DNA of 64,000 nucleotides from Escherichia coli (GTDB taxonomy: Bacteria > Pseudomonadota > Gammaproteobacteria > Enterobacterales > Enterobacteriaceae): assembly GCF_003991155.1 (NCBI RefSeq), contig NZ_CP031293.1; one strand, 5' to 3'. The notes below the pieces were generated by a model. The model was not told the origin of the DNA. It was given only the letters and a program-made list of their open reading frames with translations, and did no database searches. Made by a program: the position numbers and the translations under genes. This document shows positions 9,844 through 23,000 of the stretch, piece by piece (position 1 is the first letter of the stretch; each line of letters begins with the position of its first letter).

Positions 9844-11921
9844 GCCAGCTTGATGACACCCTCCTTGATGCGCTGACACACGTCACTTTCCCAAAGGGTT
9901 TTGTGTCAGCAGAGCCAGCGTCAATTGTCACGGTTGAAGATGTCGATTACCCGATCTGGCAAGTTGATGCGCTAGTCGTTGGTAGCGGCGCAGCAGGATT
10001 ACGTGCGGCAGTTGAACTTAAACGCCGCCAGCAAAATGTGCTGATCGCCACCGCCGGGTTATATATGGGGACATCGGCATGTTCTGGCTCTGATAAACAG
10101 ACGCTGTTTACCGCCGCTACCGCGGGCAACGGCGATAACTTCGCCAAACTGGCGGAAGCACTGGCGAGCGGTGGGGCGATGGATCATGACACCGCTTATG
10201 TCGAAGCGGTAGGTTCTCTGCACACTCTTGGCGGGTTGCAATATCTTGGTCTGGAATTACCGGAAGATCGCTATGGCGCGATTCTTCGTTATCAAACCGA
10301 CCATGACGAAGCCGGGCGTGCAACCTCGTGTGGGCCGCGTACCTCAAGGTTAATGGTGAAAGTGCTGTTGGAAGAAGTACAGCGCCTCGCCATTCCAGTG
10401 TTGACCAGTGCAACAGTGATTAAACTGCTGCATCAGCGTGACGAAAACGGCGAAGACCGTGTGGCGGGGGCAATCCTCGCGACCGGTCATCGCGCCCTTA
10501 ACCCATGGGGGCTGGCAATTGTGACTGCGCCCAATGTGGTACTGGCAACAGGAGGGCCTGGCGAGCTTTATCGCGACAGTGTGTACCCACACAAATGTTT
10601 TGGCTCGCTGGGGCTGGCGCTGGAGGAAGGCCTGACACTAACTAATCTGACCGAAAGCCAGTTTGGTATAGGCACGCCGCGCAGCACGTTTCCGTGGAAT
10701 TTGTCCGGCACCTATGTGCAGGTGATCCCATATATCTATTCCGTGGATGCTGAGGGTAACGAGTATAACTTCCTCGCGGATTACTATCGCACCACCCAGG
10801 AGCTGGCTTCAAACATCTTCCGTAAAGGCTATCAGTGGCCGTTCCACGCCACGCGGGTAATGGATTTTGGCTCCAGCTTGTTAGATATGGCGGTGGCGCA
10901 AGAGCAGCAATCAGGGCGTCAGGTATTTATGGATTTCAATCGTAATCCTGTAGCGGTGCCTGGTGATTTGCCCTTCTCATTAGATCGACTGGACGACGAC
11001 GTTCGCGCGTATCTGGAAAATAACGACGCTCTGGCACCATCGCCCATCGAACGACTGCAACGAATGAATCCGCTGTCTATCTCGCTGTATAAGATGCACG
11101 GTTACGATCTCACCACGCAGCCATTGCAGTTTGCCATGAATAATCAGCACATGAATGGCGGCATTGAAGTCGATATCTGGGGACAAACATCTCTGCCCGG
11201 TTGTTTTGCAGTGGGGGAAGTTGCTGGCACACACGGCGTCACCCGACCTGGCGGCGCGGCGTTGAATGCCGGGCAGGTTTTTGCTGTTCGTCTGGCGCGC
11301 TTTATTGGTTGCACGCAAAAGCGGAATATTGATGGAGATATTGCACAGCTGGCAGCTCCGGCACTGGCTTCTATAAGAGAGATCATTACTCAGGCGCACG
11401 ATAACGGGACCGGGATGCCGTTGTCGATTGTGAGAGAAAAAATTCAGGCACGAATGTCTGACTATGCGGGATTTATTTGCCATGCCGATAAAGTTCGACG
11501 TGCCACTCGTGATGCCCTGCTATTGAGTGAATTTGTCCAACAGCATGGATTGGCAATCAAACATGTGGGCGAAGTTGCCGAGCTGTTTATGTGGCGGCAT
11601 ATGGCACTGACTTCTGCCGCCGTATTAACGCAATTGACGCATTATATTGACGCAGGTGGTGGTAGCCGGGGAGCACGTATTATTCTCGACAGTGATGGAA
11701 ATTCTATTCCGCAAACACGAAATGGTTTTTGTGATGCCTGGCGCTTTCGTTCAGAGCGTACTGAGGATAAAAAAGATAAACTACTTATTCATTATTGCAA
11801 CGGTATCTTTCACGTCAGAGAAACACCTGTTCGTGAGTTTCCTATTATCCGAGGTATTTGGTTTGAAAAAAACTGGCCTGGTTTTCTTAATGGGACAATT
11901 TACCAGCCACAGGATGAATGA
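9840..11921 (+). CDS. FAD-dependent oxidoreductase (fumarate reductase/succinate dehydrogenase flavoprotein-like superfamily), 693 aa
   Basis: Dinucleotide-binding motif VVGSGAAGLRAA near the N-terminus and a second glycine-rich FAD motif (AVGEVAGTHGVTRPGGAALNAG); ATGA overlap with upstream and downstream genes; the last ~90 codons are encoded by AT-rich DNA. Confidence 0.75.
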   Translation: MSQLDDTLLDALTHVTFPKGFVSAEPASIVTVEDVDYPIWQVDALVVGSGAAGLRAAVELKRRQQNVLIATAGLYMGTSACSGSDKQTLFTAATAGNGDNFAKLAEALASGGAMDHDTAYVEAVGSLHTLGGLQYLGLELPEDRYGAILRYQTDHDEAGRATSCGPRTSRLMVKVLLEEVQRLAIPVLTSATVIKLLHQRDENGEDRVAGAILATGHRALNPWGLAIVTAPNVVLATGGPGELYRDSVYPHKCFGSLGLALEEGLTLTNLTESQFGIGTPRSTFPWNLSGTYVQVIPYIYSVDAEGNEYNFLADYYRTTQELASNIFRKGYQWPFHATRVMDFGSSLLDMAVAQEQQSGRQVFMDFNRNPVAVPGDLPFSLDRLDDDVRAYLENNDALAPSPIERLQRMNPLSISLYKMHGYDLTTQPLQFAMNNQHMNGGIEVDIWGQTSLPGCFAVGEVAGTHGVTRPGGAALNAGQVFAVRLARFIGCTQKRNIDGDIAQLAAPALASIREIITQAHDNGTGMPLSIVREKIQARMSDYAGFICHADKVRRATRDALLLSEFVQQHGLAIKHVGEVAELFMWRHMALTSAAVLTQLTHYIDAGGGSRGARIILDSDGNSIPQTRNGFCDAWRFRSERTEDKKDKLLIHYCNGIFHVRETPVREFPIIRGIWFEKNWPGFLNGTIYQPQDE

Positions 11922-12418
11922 TATTGCAAAGGTTAATCACTATGCGAAATATAATTAGATCTATTAATGCTCTACTTGCAGCATTGAACATTACCATTTT
12001 GGCGATCATCGTGGCATGTGTGACGTGGCAGGTGGCTGCACGATTTATATTTACTAGTCCCAGTATTTTTACAGATGAACTCAGCCGTTTGCTCTTTATT
12101 TGTCTTGGACTTTTTGGTGGGGCATACACCGCAGGGCAAAACCGGCATCTGGCGATTGACCTGATACCTATGATGCTGAAAGGAAAAGCCCGACGTCATT
12201 TATTTTTGTGTATTCAGATTATCGTTATTATCTTCGCTACCATCATTATGGTATATGGTGGTGGGCTATTAACGATGGATACATTCGATTCAGGTCAGAC
12301 CTCGCCCGCTTTAGGCTGGCAAATGGGATATATCTATATGAGCATCCCGATGAGTGGTGTACTTATTATTATATACACCATAGATATGGTTTTAACCGAA
12401 CTTAAACAACCACTCTAA
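11918..12418 (+). CDS. TRAP transporter small permease subunit (DctQ-like)
   Basis: 166-aa hydrophobic ORF with about 4 predicted TM segments directly upstream of a DctM-like gene; an alternative start at the internal MRNIIRS is possible. Confidence 0.75.
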   Translation: MILQRLITMRNIIRSINALLAALNITILAIIVACVTWQVAARFIFTSPSIFTDELSRLLFICLGLFGGAYTAGQNRHLAIDLIPMMLKGKARRHLFLCIQIIVIIFATIIMVYGGGLLTMDTFDSGQTSPALGWQMGYIYMSIPMSGVLIIIYTIDMVLTELKQPL

Positions 12419-12460
12419 AGATAACAAACAACAACCAACCATAGTAGGAATGGAGAAATT

Positions 12461-13762
12461 ATGGATTACTGGTTACCGATTATTGTGTTATTTGGTGCCT
12501 TCTTTTTTATGTTGGCATTAGGTGTACCTATTGTTTATGCCATTGGTTTATCGACACTGGCATCAATTTCCACACAACTCGATTTCAACTCAGCATTGAG
12601 TGTGGTTTCCCAAAAGTTAGCCTCCGGGTTAGATAGTTTTACGTTGTTGGCAATCCCATTTTTTATCTTGTCTGGCAACATTATGAATCATGGAGGAATA
12701 GCGCGACGATTAATCAACTTTGCCCGTATTCTCGGCGGTCGTCTGCCAGGCTCACTTGCCCACTGTAATATTCTCGCCAATATGCTGTTCGGGGCAATTT
12801 CTGGTTCAGCCGTGGCTTCGGCGGCTGCGATGGGCGGCGTCATGCATCCGCAACAGGTTAAAGAGGGCTACGACCCGGCATTCAGTACTGCGGTTAACGT
12901 TGCCTCTGCCCCGACGGGTTTGCTTATTCCACCAAGTAATACGTTAATCGTCTATTCACTGGTCAGTGGTGGTACTTCTATTGCCGCACTGTTTCTGGCG
13001 GGTTATGTTCCGGGAATTTTGCTGGGTCTGGCACTGATGGTAATAGCCGGTATTATCGCGGTACGTCGCGGTTATCCAAAGCCAGAACGCCCGACTTTAC
13101 GCCAGGCTGGCGTTGCGATATGGATGGCTATCCCCAGTATTTTCCTGATTATTTTAATTATGGGGGGTGTATTAAGTGGTATTTTTACCCCGACAGAGGC
13201 CTCCGCAATTGCAGTAATTTATACCCTTTTCCTTGCACTGGTTCTTTATCGTGAAATCTCAGTTAAAGATTTACCTAAAATATTTCTGGAATCCGTTATT
13301 ACCACTGCAATTGTCTTGTTATTAATTGGTTCTTCGATGGGAATGTCATGGGCGATGTCAAACGCTGACGTTCCCTTCCTGATTCTCGATTTGCTTAACA
13401 CTATTTCTGACAACCCAATAATAATCCTGCTTATTATCAATATTATCCTGTTGATTATCGGCACTTTTATGGATATGACACCGGCGGTACTGATTTTTAC
13501 GCCGATATTTTTACCGGTTGTCACCGAACTGGGCATGGACCCGATTCACTTTGGTATTGTCATGGTACTGAACATGTGTATCGGTATTTGTACTCCGCCT
13601 GTAGGCAGTGTGTTATTTGTCGGTTGTAGTGTATCTAAATTACCGATTAATAAAATTATCAAACCTATGCTGCCATTTTATGCCGTGATGGTATTGGTGC
13701 TGGCAATGGTGACCTATATTCCGCAAATCAGTATGGCATTGCCAAGAGCACTGGGTTACTGA
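12461..13762 (+). CDS. TRAP transporter large permease subunit (DctM-like)
   Basis: 433-aa polytopic membrane protein with DctM-family features; AT-rich. Confidence 0.88.
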   Translation: MDYWLPIIVLFGAFFFMLALGVPIVYAIGLSTLASISTQLDFNSALSVVSQKLASGLDSFTLLAIPFFILSGNIMNHGGIARRLINFARILGGRLPGSLAHCNILANMLFGAISGSAVASAAAMGGVMHPQQVKEGYDPAFSTAVNVASAPTGLLIPPSNTLIVYSLVSGGTSIAALFLAGYVPGILLGLALMVIAGIIAVRRGYPKPERPTLRQAGVAIWMAIPSIFLIILIMGGVLSGIFTPTEASAIAVIYTLFLALVLYREISVKDLPKIFLESVITTAIVLLLIGSSMGMSWAMSNADVPFLILDLLNTISDNPIIILLIINIILLIIGTFMDMTPAVLIFTPIFLPVVTELGMDPIHFGIVMVLNMCIGICTPPVGSVLFVGCSVSKLPINKIIKPMLPFYAVMVLVLAMVTYIPQISMALPRALGY

Positions 13763-13814
13763 TGCGCATTCACTGGCGGCACCTGCCGCCATATTTATTA
13801 GAAAAGGAACATCT

Positions 13815-14786
13815 ATGAAAATAAAAGTATCCGCTGGCATTATCGGTGCTGTTCTTATGTTATCCGCAAGCCAGTCCTGGGCAGTGACATTAAAACTGAG
13901 TCATAATCAGGATAAGTCTCATCCTGTTCATAAAGCGATGGAGTTCTTTGCGAAAAAGAGCAAAGAGTACTCTAACGGTGATATTACTATTCGTATTTAT
14001 CCAAATGGAACATTGGGTACTCAACGAGAAACAATGGAGCTGATTCGTTCTGGCGCTATTCCACTGGTAAAAACCAACGCGGCAGAAATGGAAGCATTTG
14101 AAAATTCCTATAAATTATTTAGCCTGCCTTATTTGTTCCGCGATCGTGATCATTATTATCAGGTCATGCAGGGCGATATCGGGAGAAAAATCCTCGACTC
14201 AACGAAAAGCAAAGGTTATTTCGGGCTGACTTTTTATGATGGAGGCGCCCGCAGTTTCTACGGCAATAAACCAGTACTGAAACCAGACGATCTCAAAGGC
14301 ATGAAAGTCCGTGTCCAGCCAAGTCCTGGCGCAGTTGAAATGATCAAAGTCATGGGCGGTAACCCGACGCCACTGGATTACGGCGAGTTGTATACAGCCT
14401 TACAGCAGGGTGTGGTCGATATGGCAGAAAACAGCGTGATGGCGCTGACCACCATGCGTCACGGTGAAGTGGCAAAATCCTTCAGCCTTGACGAACACAC
14501 TATGGTTCCCGATGTGGTTCTGATGAGCAATGCTGCGTTTGATAAACTTAGCCCGGAAAATCAGGCAGTTATATTAAAAGCAGCTAAAGAATCAATGAGC
14601 TACATGAAAGACTTGTGGAGCGAGGAAGAGAAACAAGAATTTGCAAAACTGGATAAAATGGGCGTGAAAGTCTACCAGGTAGATAAAGCTCCGTTTATCG
14701 AGAAAGTACAGCCAATGTACGCAAACTTCGCTAAGGACAACCCAGCCCTTGCCCCAATGCTGGCTGATATTCAGGCAGCTAAGTAA
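13815..14786 (+). CDS. TRAP transporter periplasmic solute-binding protein (DctP/YiaO-like)
   Basis: 323-aa ORF with signal peptide (MKIKVSAGIIGAVLMLSASQSWA) and DctP-family sequence; last gene of the operon. Confidence 0.85.
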   Translation: MKIKVSAGIIGAVLMLSASQSWAVTLKLSHNQDKSHPVHKAMEFFAKKSKEYSNGDITIRIYPNGTLGTQRETMELIRSGAIPLVKTNAAEMEAFENSYKLFSLPYLFRDRDHYYQVMQGDIGRKILDSTKSKGYFGLTFYDGGARSFYGNKPVLKPDDLKGMKVRVQPSPGAVEMIKVMGGNPTPLDYGELYTALQQGVVDMAENSVMALTTMRHGEVAKSFSLDEHTMVPDVVLMSNAAFDKLSPENQAVILKAAKESMSYMKDLWSEEEKQEFAKLDKMGVKVYQVDKAPFIEKVQPMYANFAKDNPALAPMLADIQAAK

Positions 14787-14842
14787 TTATCTTCGTAGGG
14801 CTGCTTATTGTGGCCCTTATCGATATCTGCAAGTGCTCGCTA

Positions 14843-14877
14843 CAAAAGCAAAACGCCGACCAATGGTCGGCGTTTTT
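14843..14877. terminator. Bidirectional rho-independent terminator between the TRAP operon (+) and rplI (-)
   Basis: GC hairpin cgccgacc-aat-ggtcggcg flanked by an A-run upstream and a T-run downstream, read directly from the sequence. Confidence 0.6.
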
Positions 14878-14897
14878 ACGTCTCGTTGAATAACGAA

Positions 14898-15359
<462 letters not shown>

Positions 15360-15388
15360 TCAAAGTCGTATTAATGGACCGTGACCGA

Positions 15389-15935
<547 letters not shown>

Positions 15936-15941
15936 CAGAAA

Positions 15942-16355
<414 letters not shown>

Positions 16356-16663
16356 TTATTCAGCCTCCTGTCTGGGTCAGCCGAATCCCGGGGAGGCAAG
16401 GAACGTGTTAAAGGTCGGCTGAAAAATGACGCGTTATAGTACTGACATACCCCGCTAAACTCAAGGGCAGAGCCGAAATAAATCTCCCCTTTCGCAAATA
16501 ACCTCTAAACCGCTGATTTGGAGTTCATCACACTTCATCATGGTGTTTTTTTGAACAACTGCATCAGAAATGGTCACCATCAACTTCTTTATCATTGATT
16601 AAAATTAAATCAGAAGATCATCACAGAGGAGAGCACACAAAGTCAGCCGTCGAGGAGGTATCT

Positions 16664-16939
16664 ATGTTCAGTCGTGTTTTAGCCCTTCTGGCTGTGCTTT
16701 TGCTAAGTGCAAATACATGGGCAGCCATTGAAATTAATAACCACCAGGCCAGAAATATGGACGATGTGCAAAGCTTAGGCGTGATTTATATCAACCATAA
16801 CTTCGCCACTGAAAGTGAAGCACGTCAGGCATTAAATGAAGAGACAGATGCGCAGGGCGCAACGTACTACCACGTGATTCTGATGCGGGAACCGGGAAGT
16901 AACGGCAATATGCACGCCAGCGCGGATATTTATCGCTAG
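16664..16939 (+). CDS. yjfY: YdgH/BhsA/McbA-like (DUF1471) periplasmic protein YjfY
   Basis: ORF 16595..16939; start set at MFSRVLALLAVLLLSANTWA signal peptide (91 aa); followed by a strong terminator. Confidence 0.8.
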   Translation: MFSRVLALLAVLLLSANTWAAIEINNHQARNMDDVQSLGVIYINHNFATESEARQALNEETDAQGATYYHVILMREPGSNGNMHASADIYR

Positions 16940-16980
16940 CACCAGGTATAACCAACGAAACATTGCCATAGTTTGCTTTG

Positions 16981-17004
16981 CCCCCTTCGCAGGGGGCTTT
17001 TTTT
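16981..17004 (+). terminator. Rho-independent terminator downstream of yjfY
   Basis: cccccttcgcaggggg hairpin followed by a T7 run. Confidence 0.65.
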
Positions 17005-17067
17005 GAAAAACGGCTGCGGAATTAGACCAGTTATCTCCCGAAGAAGGAAATTTCCGCAGCGCGTGTT

Positions 17068-17754
17068 TTACTTCTGCCCGTAATAAGCGTTGGGACCATG
17101 CTTACGCATGAAGTGTTTATTCATAAGATAGCTGTCGATGTGATTCAGTTGCGGGTTTATACTGCGCGCAATCCACGCCATTTTCGCCACTTCTTCCATC
17201 ACCACCGCGTTATGCACCGCATCGTGGGCATCTTTCCCCCAGGCAAACGGCCCGTGCTGATACACCACAATTCCCGGCGTATGCAGCGGTTCAGCGCCAC
17301 CCAGCGTTTCGATAATCACTTTGCCGGTGTTCAGTTCATACTCGCCCTGCACCTCTTCTTCGCTTAACCCACGCGTACACGGGATGTCGCCAAAGAAGTA
17401 GTCGGCGTGCGTGGTGCCTAACGCCGGGATCGCCAGCCCCGCCTGCGCCCATGCGGTGGCATGAGTGGAGTGGGTATGGACAATGCCGCCAAGCGACGGG
17501 TAACGACGGTAGAGTTCGAGATGCGTCGCAGTATCGGAAGACGGGCGATACGCCCCTTCCACCACCTTGCCGCTCATATCAACCACCACCATATCGTCTG
17601 CTTTCATGGTTTCGTAGGCGACGCCGCTGGGCTTGATCACCACCAGCCCGCGTTCGCGGTCAATGGCGCTGACGTTGCCCCAGGTAAAGGTCACCAGCCC
17701 GTAGCGCGGCAGATCCATGTTGGCTTCAAACACCTGCTGTTTTAGCTTTTGCAT
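17068..17754 (-). CDS. ulaF: L-ribulose-5-phosphate 4-epimerase UlaF
   Basis: Class II aldolase/epimerase sequence; start at [21 protein letters not shown] (228 aa); last gene of the ulaABCDEF operon. Confidence 0.9.
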   Translation of the reverse strand: MQKLKQQVFEANMDLPRYGLVTFTWGNVSAIDRERGLVVIKPSGVAYETMKADDMVVVDMSGKVVEGAYRPSSDTATHLELYRRYPSLGGIVHTHSTHATAWAQAGLAIPALGTTHADYFFGDIPCTRGLSEEEVQGEYELNTGKVIIETLGGAEPLHTPGIVVYQHGPFAWGKDAHDAVHNAVVMEEVAKMAWIARSINPQLNHIDSYLMNKHFMRKHGPNAYYGQK

Positions 17755-18608
17755 TATGCCGCCTCCACCATGCCTGCTTTGGCCATGCGCGCTTTCACCC
17801 AATCACGCGCTTTCGCCACTTCTGCCGCCGGGTCTTCCGCCGTTTCGCTCCACATCTCAATCAGGTACGGCCCGCAATAGCCACTCTGCTTGAGCGTTTC
17901 AAAGCAACGTTCGAAATCCACTACGCCTTCGCCAAACGGCACATTTTTGAAGACGCCTGGTTTGGTGTCTTTCACATGCACCGCGACGATATGCCCAATT
18001 CCGGCCTGCAATTCCATCTGCACGTCGTTGTCCCACGCCGACAGGTTGCCGATATCCGGGTAGAGCTGGAACCACGGGTTGTTGAGATAGTGCGCGTAGC
18101 CCAGCGCCTTGCTGATGGAGTTCATCAACGGATAATCCATGATCTCCATCGCCAGCGTCACCTGCGCACGGCTTGCCATCTCAACGCTCTCTTTCAGGCC
18201 GTCACGGAAACGACGACGCGTTTCGTTATTGGCTTCCTGATAATAAACGTCATAGCCCGCCAGCTGGATCACGCGAATACCAACGTCCTGGGCGAACTGG
18301 ATAGCTTTATGCATAATCTCCAGCCCCTGCGCCCGTACCGCGTCATCTTCGCTGCCCAGCGGGAAACGACGATGAGCAGAAAGGCACATGGAGGGCACGC
18401 GCACGCCGGTTTCAACAATCGCATTCACCAGCGCCAGACGCTGCTCGCGGCTCCAGTCGAGGCGCGACAGGCGATCGTCCGTTTCATCTACCGACATCTC
18501 GACAAAATCGAAGCCTAACGTTTTTGCCAGTTGCAGCCGTTCCAGCCAGCACTCCCCGGCGGGGAGCGCTTTTTCATAGATGCCAAGCGGGATTTGTTTG
18601 GACAACAT
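17754..18608 (-). CDS. ulaE: L-ribulose-5-phosphate 3-epimerase UlaE
   Basis: 284-aa [45 protein letters not shown]. Confidence 0.9.
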   Translation of the reverse strand: MLSKQIPLGIYEKALPAGECWLERLQLAKTLGFDFVEMSVDETDDRLSRLDWSREQRLALVNAIVETGVRVPSMCLSAHRRFPLGSEDDAVRAQGLEIMHKAIQFAQDVGIRVIQLAGYDVYYQEANNETRRRFRDGLKESVEMASRAQVTLAMEIMDYPLMNSISKALGYAHYLNNPWFQLYPDIGNLSAWDNDVQMELQAGIGHIVAVHVKDTKPGVFKNVPFGEGVVDFERCFETLKQSGYCGPYLIEMWSETAEDPAAEVAKARDWVKARMAKAGMVEAA

Positions 18609-18617
18609 ATCCGCTCC

Positions 18618-19268
18618 TTAACCCCACAGTTCGGCGATGGAACGTTTGAACTGACGTGCGGCTTCCACCGGAGAAGCGGCATCACGGATACTACGGCCCG
18701 CGATAAAGACGTGAATCGGAATGCCTTTGAACAGCGGCAGATCTTCCAGCGCCAGGCCACCAGTGACGGTCACTTTGAAGCCCATATCGGAAAGACGTTT
18801 GATCGCGGTAATGTCCGCTTCGCCCCACGCTACGCCTGCGGCCTGTGCGTCACGGCTGCGGTGATAAACCACCTGCTGAATGCCTGCGTCGCGCCACTGC
18901 TGCGCCTGTTCCCAGGTCCAGTAACCGGTCAGTTCGATCTGCACGTCGCCGTTAAACTCTTTTGCCACGTCCAGCGCACCTTTGGCGGTGTTGATATCCG
19001 CACAGCAAATCACGGTCACCCAGTCAGCGTTGGCTTCGAAGCACATACGAGAAAGGATTTTGCCCGCATCGGCAATTTTGGCGTCTGCCAGTACGATTTT
19101 GTGCGGGTAAAGCGCTTTCAGGTCACGAACCGCACGCACGCCTTCGCCCACGCACAGAATGGTGCCCACTTCAATAATGTCGACTTCTTCGGCAATCAGG
19201 CGAGTGGTTTCGTAGGCGCTATCCATAGTCTGGTTGTCCAGCGCGACTTGCAACATCGGTAATGACAT
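18618..19268 (-). CDS. ulaD: 3-keto-L-gulonate-6-phosphate decarboxylase UlaD
   Basis: ORF track 268 aa; conserved start at [23 protein letters not shown] gives 216 aa. Confidence 0.9.
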   Translation of the reverse strand: MSLPMLQVALDNQTMDSAYETTRLIAEEVDIIEVGTILCVGEGVRAVRDLKALYPHKIVLADAKIADAGKILSRMCFEANADWVTVICCADINTAKGALDVAKEFNGDVQIELTGYWTWEQAQQWRDAGIQQVVYHRSRDAQAAGVAWGEADITAIKRLSDMGFKVTVTGGLALEDLPLFKGIPIHVFIAGRSIRDAASPVEAARQFKRSIAELWG

Positions 19269-19281
19269 CTTCAATTCCTTC

Positions 19282-19746
19282 TTAAGCTGCCGCGTTGGTG
19301 CGGTCAATGAGATCCAGTACTTCCTGCTCGGTACGGCAGGCACGTAAACGGTCGAAATTCTCTTCATCTTCAAACAGGTTGACGATCTGCATGATGCCCA
19401 CTTCCTGGTGGGTGTTGGCATCAACCGCCGCCATAGTGATGAGGATATCCACCGGGTCGTTATCTTCGTGGTTGAACTCCAGCGGCTTTTTCAGCGTCAC
19501 CAGCGCAAAACCGGTTTTCTTAACACCCTCTTCCGGGCGACCGTGCGGCATTGCCAGGCCTGGTGCGAGCACAAAGTACGGACCGTGCTGTTCAACCGCA
19601 TCCAGAATCGCCTGGTAGTAACGCGGCTCGACAACATCCGCCGCCACCAGCAGGTCAACGCCGATTTTCACTGCGTCCTGCCATGTCTCAGCTTCAGCCT
19701 GCAGACGGATAGATTTATTCTCCGCCAGCGAATCACGTAATTTCAT
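19282..19746 (-). CDS. ulaC: PTS ascorbate-specific EIIA component UlaC
   Basis: 154-aa [36 protein letters not shown]. Confidence 0.9.
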   Translation of the reverse strand: MKLRDSLAENKSIRLQAEAETWQDAVKIGVDLLVAADVVEPRYYQAILDAVEQHGPYFVLAPGLAMPHGRPEEGVKKTGFALVTLKKPLEFNHEDNDPVDILITMAAVDANTHQEVGIMQIVNLFEDEENFDRLRACRTEQEVLDLIDRTNAAA

Positions 19747-19755
19747 AGCGCGCCC

Positions 19756-20061
19756 TTACTTCACGTCCTGCGGGAAATGCGCTTTGATCACTTCCAGCAG
19801 TTTCGGGCCAAAGTCAGCAGGAGAGAGCATGTTGCGCACGCCAACCACATATTTGTTGCCGGTCACGGTGATTTCGCCCGCAATGTGCGTAGAAGCGATG
19901 ATGATATCCGCGCCGCTCAACTCGCTTTTGTATTCGCCAACCGCGCAGCTGTTTACCGTGTGGTCAATGTTCGACTGGGTTAAAAACTGGTCCACTTTCA
20001 TCTTCATGATCATGGAACTGCCTTGTCCGTTGCCACACACAGCCAGAATACGTACGGTCAT
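19756..20061 (-). CDS. ulaB: PTS ascorbate-specific EIIB component UlaB
   Basis: ORF 103 aa; start set at [16 protein letters not shown] (101 aa) with the active-site Cys. Confidence 0.9.
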   Translation of the reverse strand: MTVRILAVCGNGQGSSMIMKMKVDQFLTQSNIDHTVNSCAVGEYKSELSGADIIIASTHIAGEITVTGNKYVVGVRNMLSPADFGPKLLEVIKAHFPQDVK

Positions 20062-20076
20062 AATCAAAACTCCTTA

Positions 20077-21531
<1,455 letters not shown>

Positions 21532-21822
21532 TCACTCTAATTTTCAAAAGTAATCACAACAAGATTATTTATGATTAAATGTGACGCGACCCGCAAATAA
21601 TTCCACATGGATAGAGTGGGATTCACACAACGAAACGATTATTCATTTAAATTCATTTAGTTAATTGAATTACACATTCCATTAAATCTTTCCATACTCA
21701 AAATCAACAACAACTTCCCTGGCAAAAAGTCAAAAAATGGTCATTGCCTTCCTGAAAAAATAGTGTCAGGATTAATCAAAACCAATCACATATTGATTCG
21801 AATTGAACTATCATGAAGGTAA
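21532..21822. promoter_or_regulatory. Divergent ulaA / ulaG promoter-operator region (UlaR-controlled)
   Basis: AT-rich 290-bp divergent intergenic region between ulaA and ulaG; regulation by UlaR is established knowledge; individual operator positions not resolved here. Confidence 0.5.
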
Positions 21823-21828
21823 ATGGCG

Positions 21829-22893
21829 ATGAGTAAAGTGAAAAGTATCACCCGAGAATCCTGGATCCTGAGCACTTTCCCGGAGTGGGGTAGCTGGCTG
21901 AATGAAGAAATTGAACAAGAGCAGGTCGCCCCTGGCACATTTGCGATGTGGTGGCTAGGCTGCACCGGGATCTGGCTAAAATCAGAAGGTGGCACCAACG
22001 TTTGCGTTGATTTCTGGTGCGGCACTGGCAAACAAAGTCACGGTAACCCGTTAATGAAACAGGGTCACCAGATGCAGCGCATGGCTGGCGTGAAAAAACT
22101 GCAGCCAAACCTGCGCACCACCCCGTTTGTTCTTGATCCGTTTGCGATTCGCCAGATCGACGCGGTACTGGCGACTCACGATCACAACGATCATATCGAC
22201 GTTAACGTCGCTGCTGCCGTGATGCAGAACTGTGCTGATGACGTACCGTTCATTGGACCGAAAACCTGCGTTGATTTGTGGATTGGCTGGGGTGTGCCGA
22301 AAGAACGTTGCATCGTGGTCAAACCAGGCGATGTCGTTAAAGTGAAAGACATTGAAATTCATGCGCTTGACGCTTTCGACCGTACTGCACTGATCACCCT
22401 ACCTGCCGATCAAAAAGCGGCTGGCGTACTGCCAGATGGCATGGACGATCGCGCAGTAAACTACCTGTTCAAAACCCCTGGCGGTTCCCTGTATCACAGT
22501 GGCGATTCCCACTACTCTAACTATTATGCGAAGCACGGTAACGAACATCAGATCGATGTGGCGTTAGGATCGTACGGTGAGAACCCACGCGGTATTACCG
22601 ACAAAATGACCAGCGCCGATATGCTGCGTATGGGTGAAGCCCTGAATGCGAAAGTGGTTATCCCGTTCCACCACGACATCTGGTCAAACTTCCAGGCCGA
22701 TCCGCAAGAAATCCGCGTGCTGTGGGAGATGAAAAAAGATCGTCTGAAGTATGGCTTCAAGCCGTTTATCTGGCAGGTGGGCGGCAAATTTACCTGGCCG
22801 CTGGATAAAGACAACTTCGAGTACCACTATCCGCGTGGTTTCGATGATTGCTTCACTATTGAACCGGATCTGCCGTTCAAGTCGTTCCTGTAA
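21829..22893 (+). CDS. ulaG: L-ascorbate-6-phosphate lactonase UlaG (metallo-beta-lactamase fold)
   Basis: Start at [21 protein letters not shown] (354 aa); HxHxDH metal-binding motif ([10 protein letters not shown]). Confidence 0.9.
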
Positions 22894-23000
22894 TCTGTCG
22901 TTTATACCGGATAGCGTGGAGTAGTTCGCGCTATCCGGCGTAGTATTTCCTGGCTATTTCAAATATCATCTAAAAAAATCAAATTTTATCGGAATAGCTC

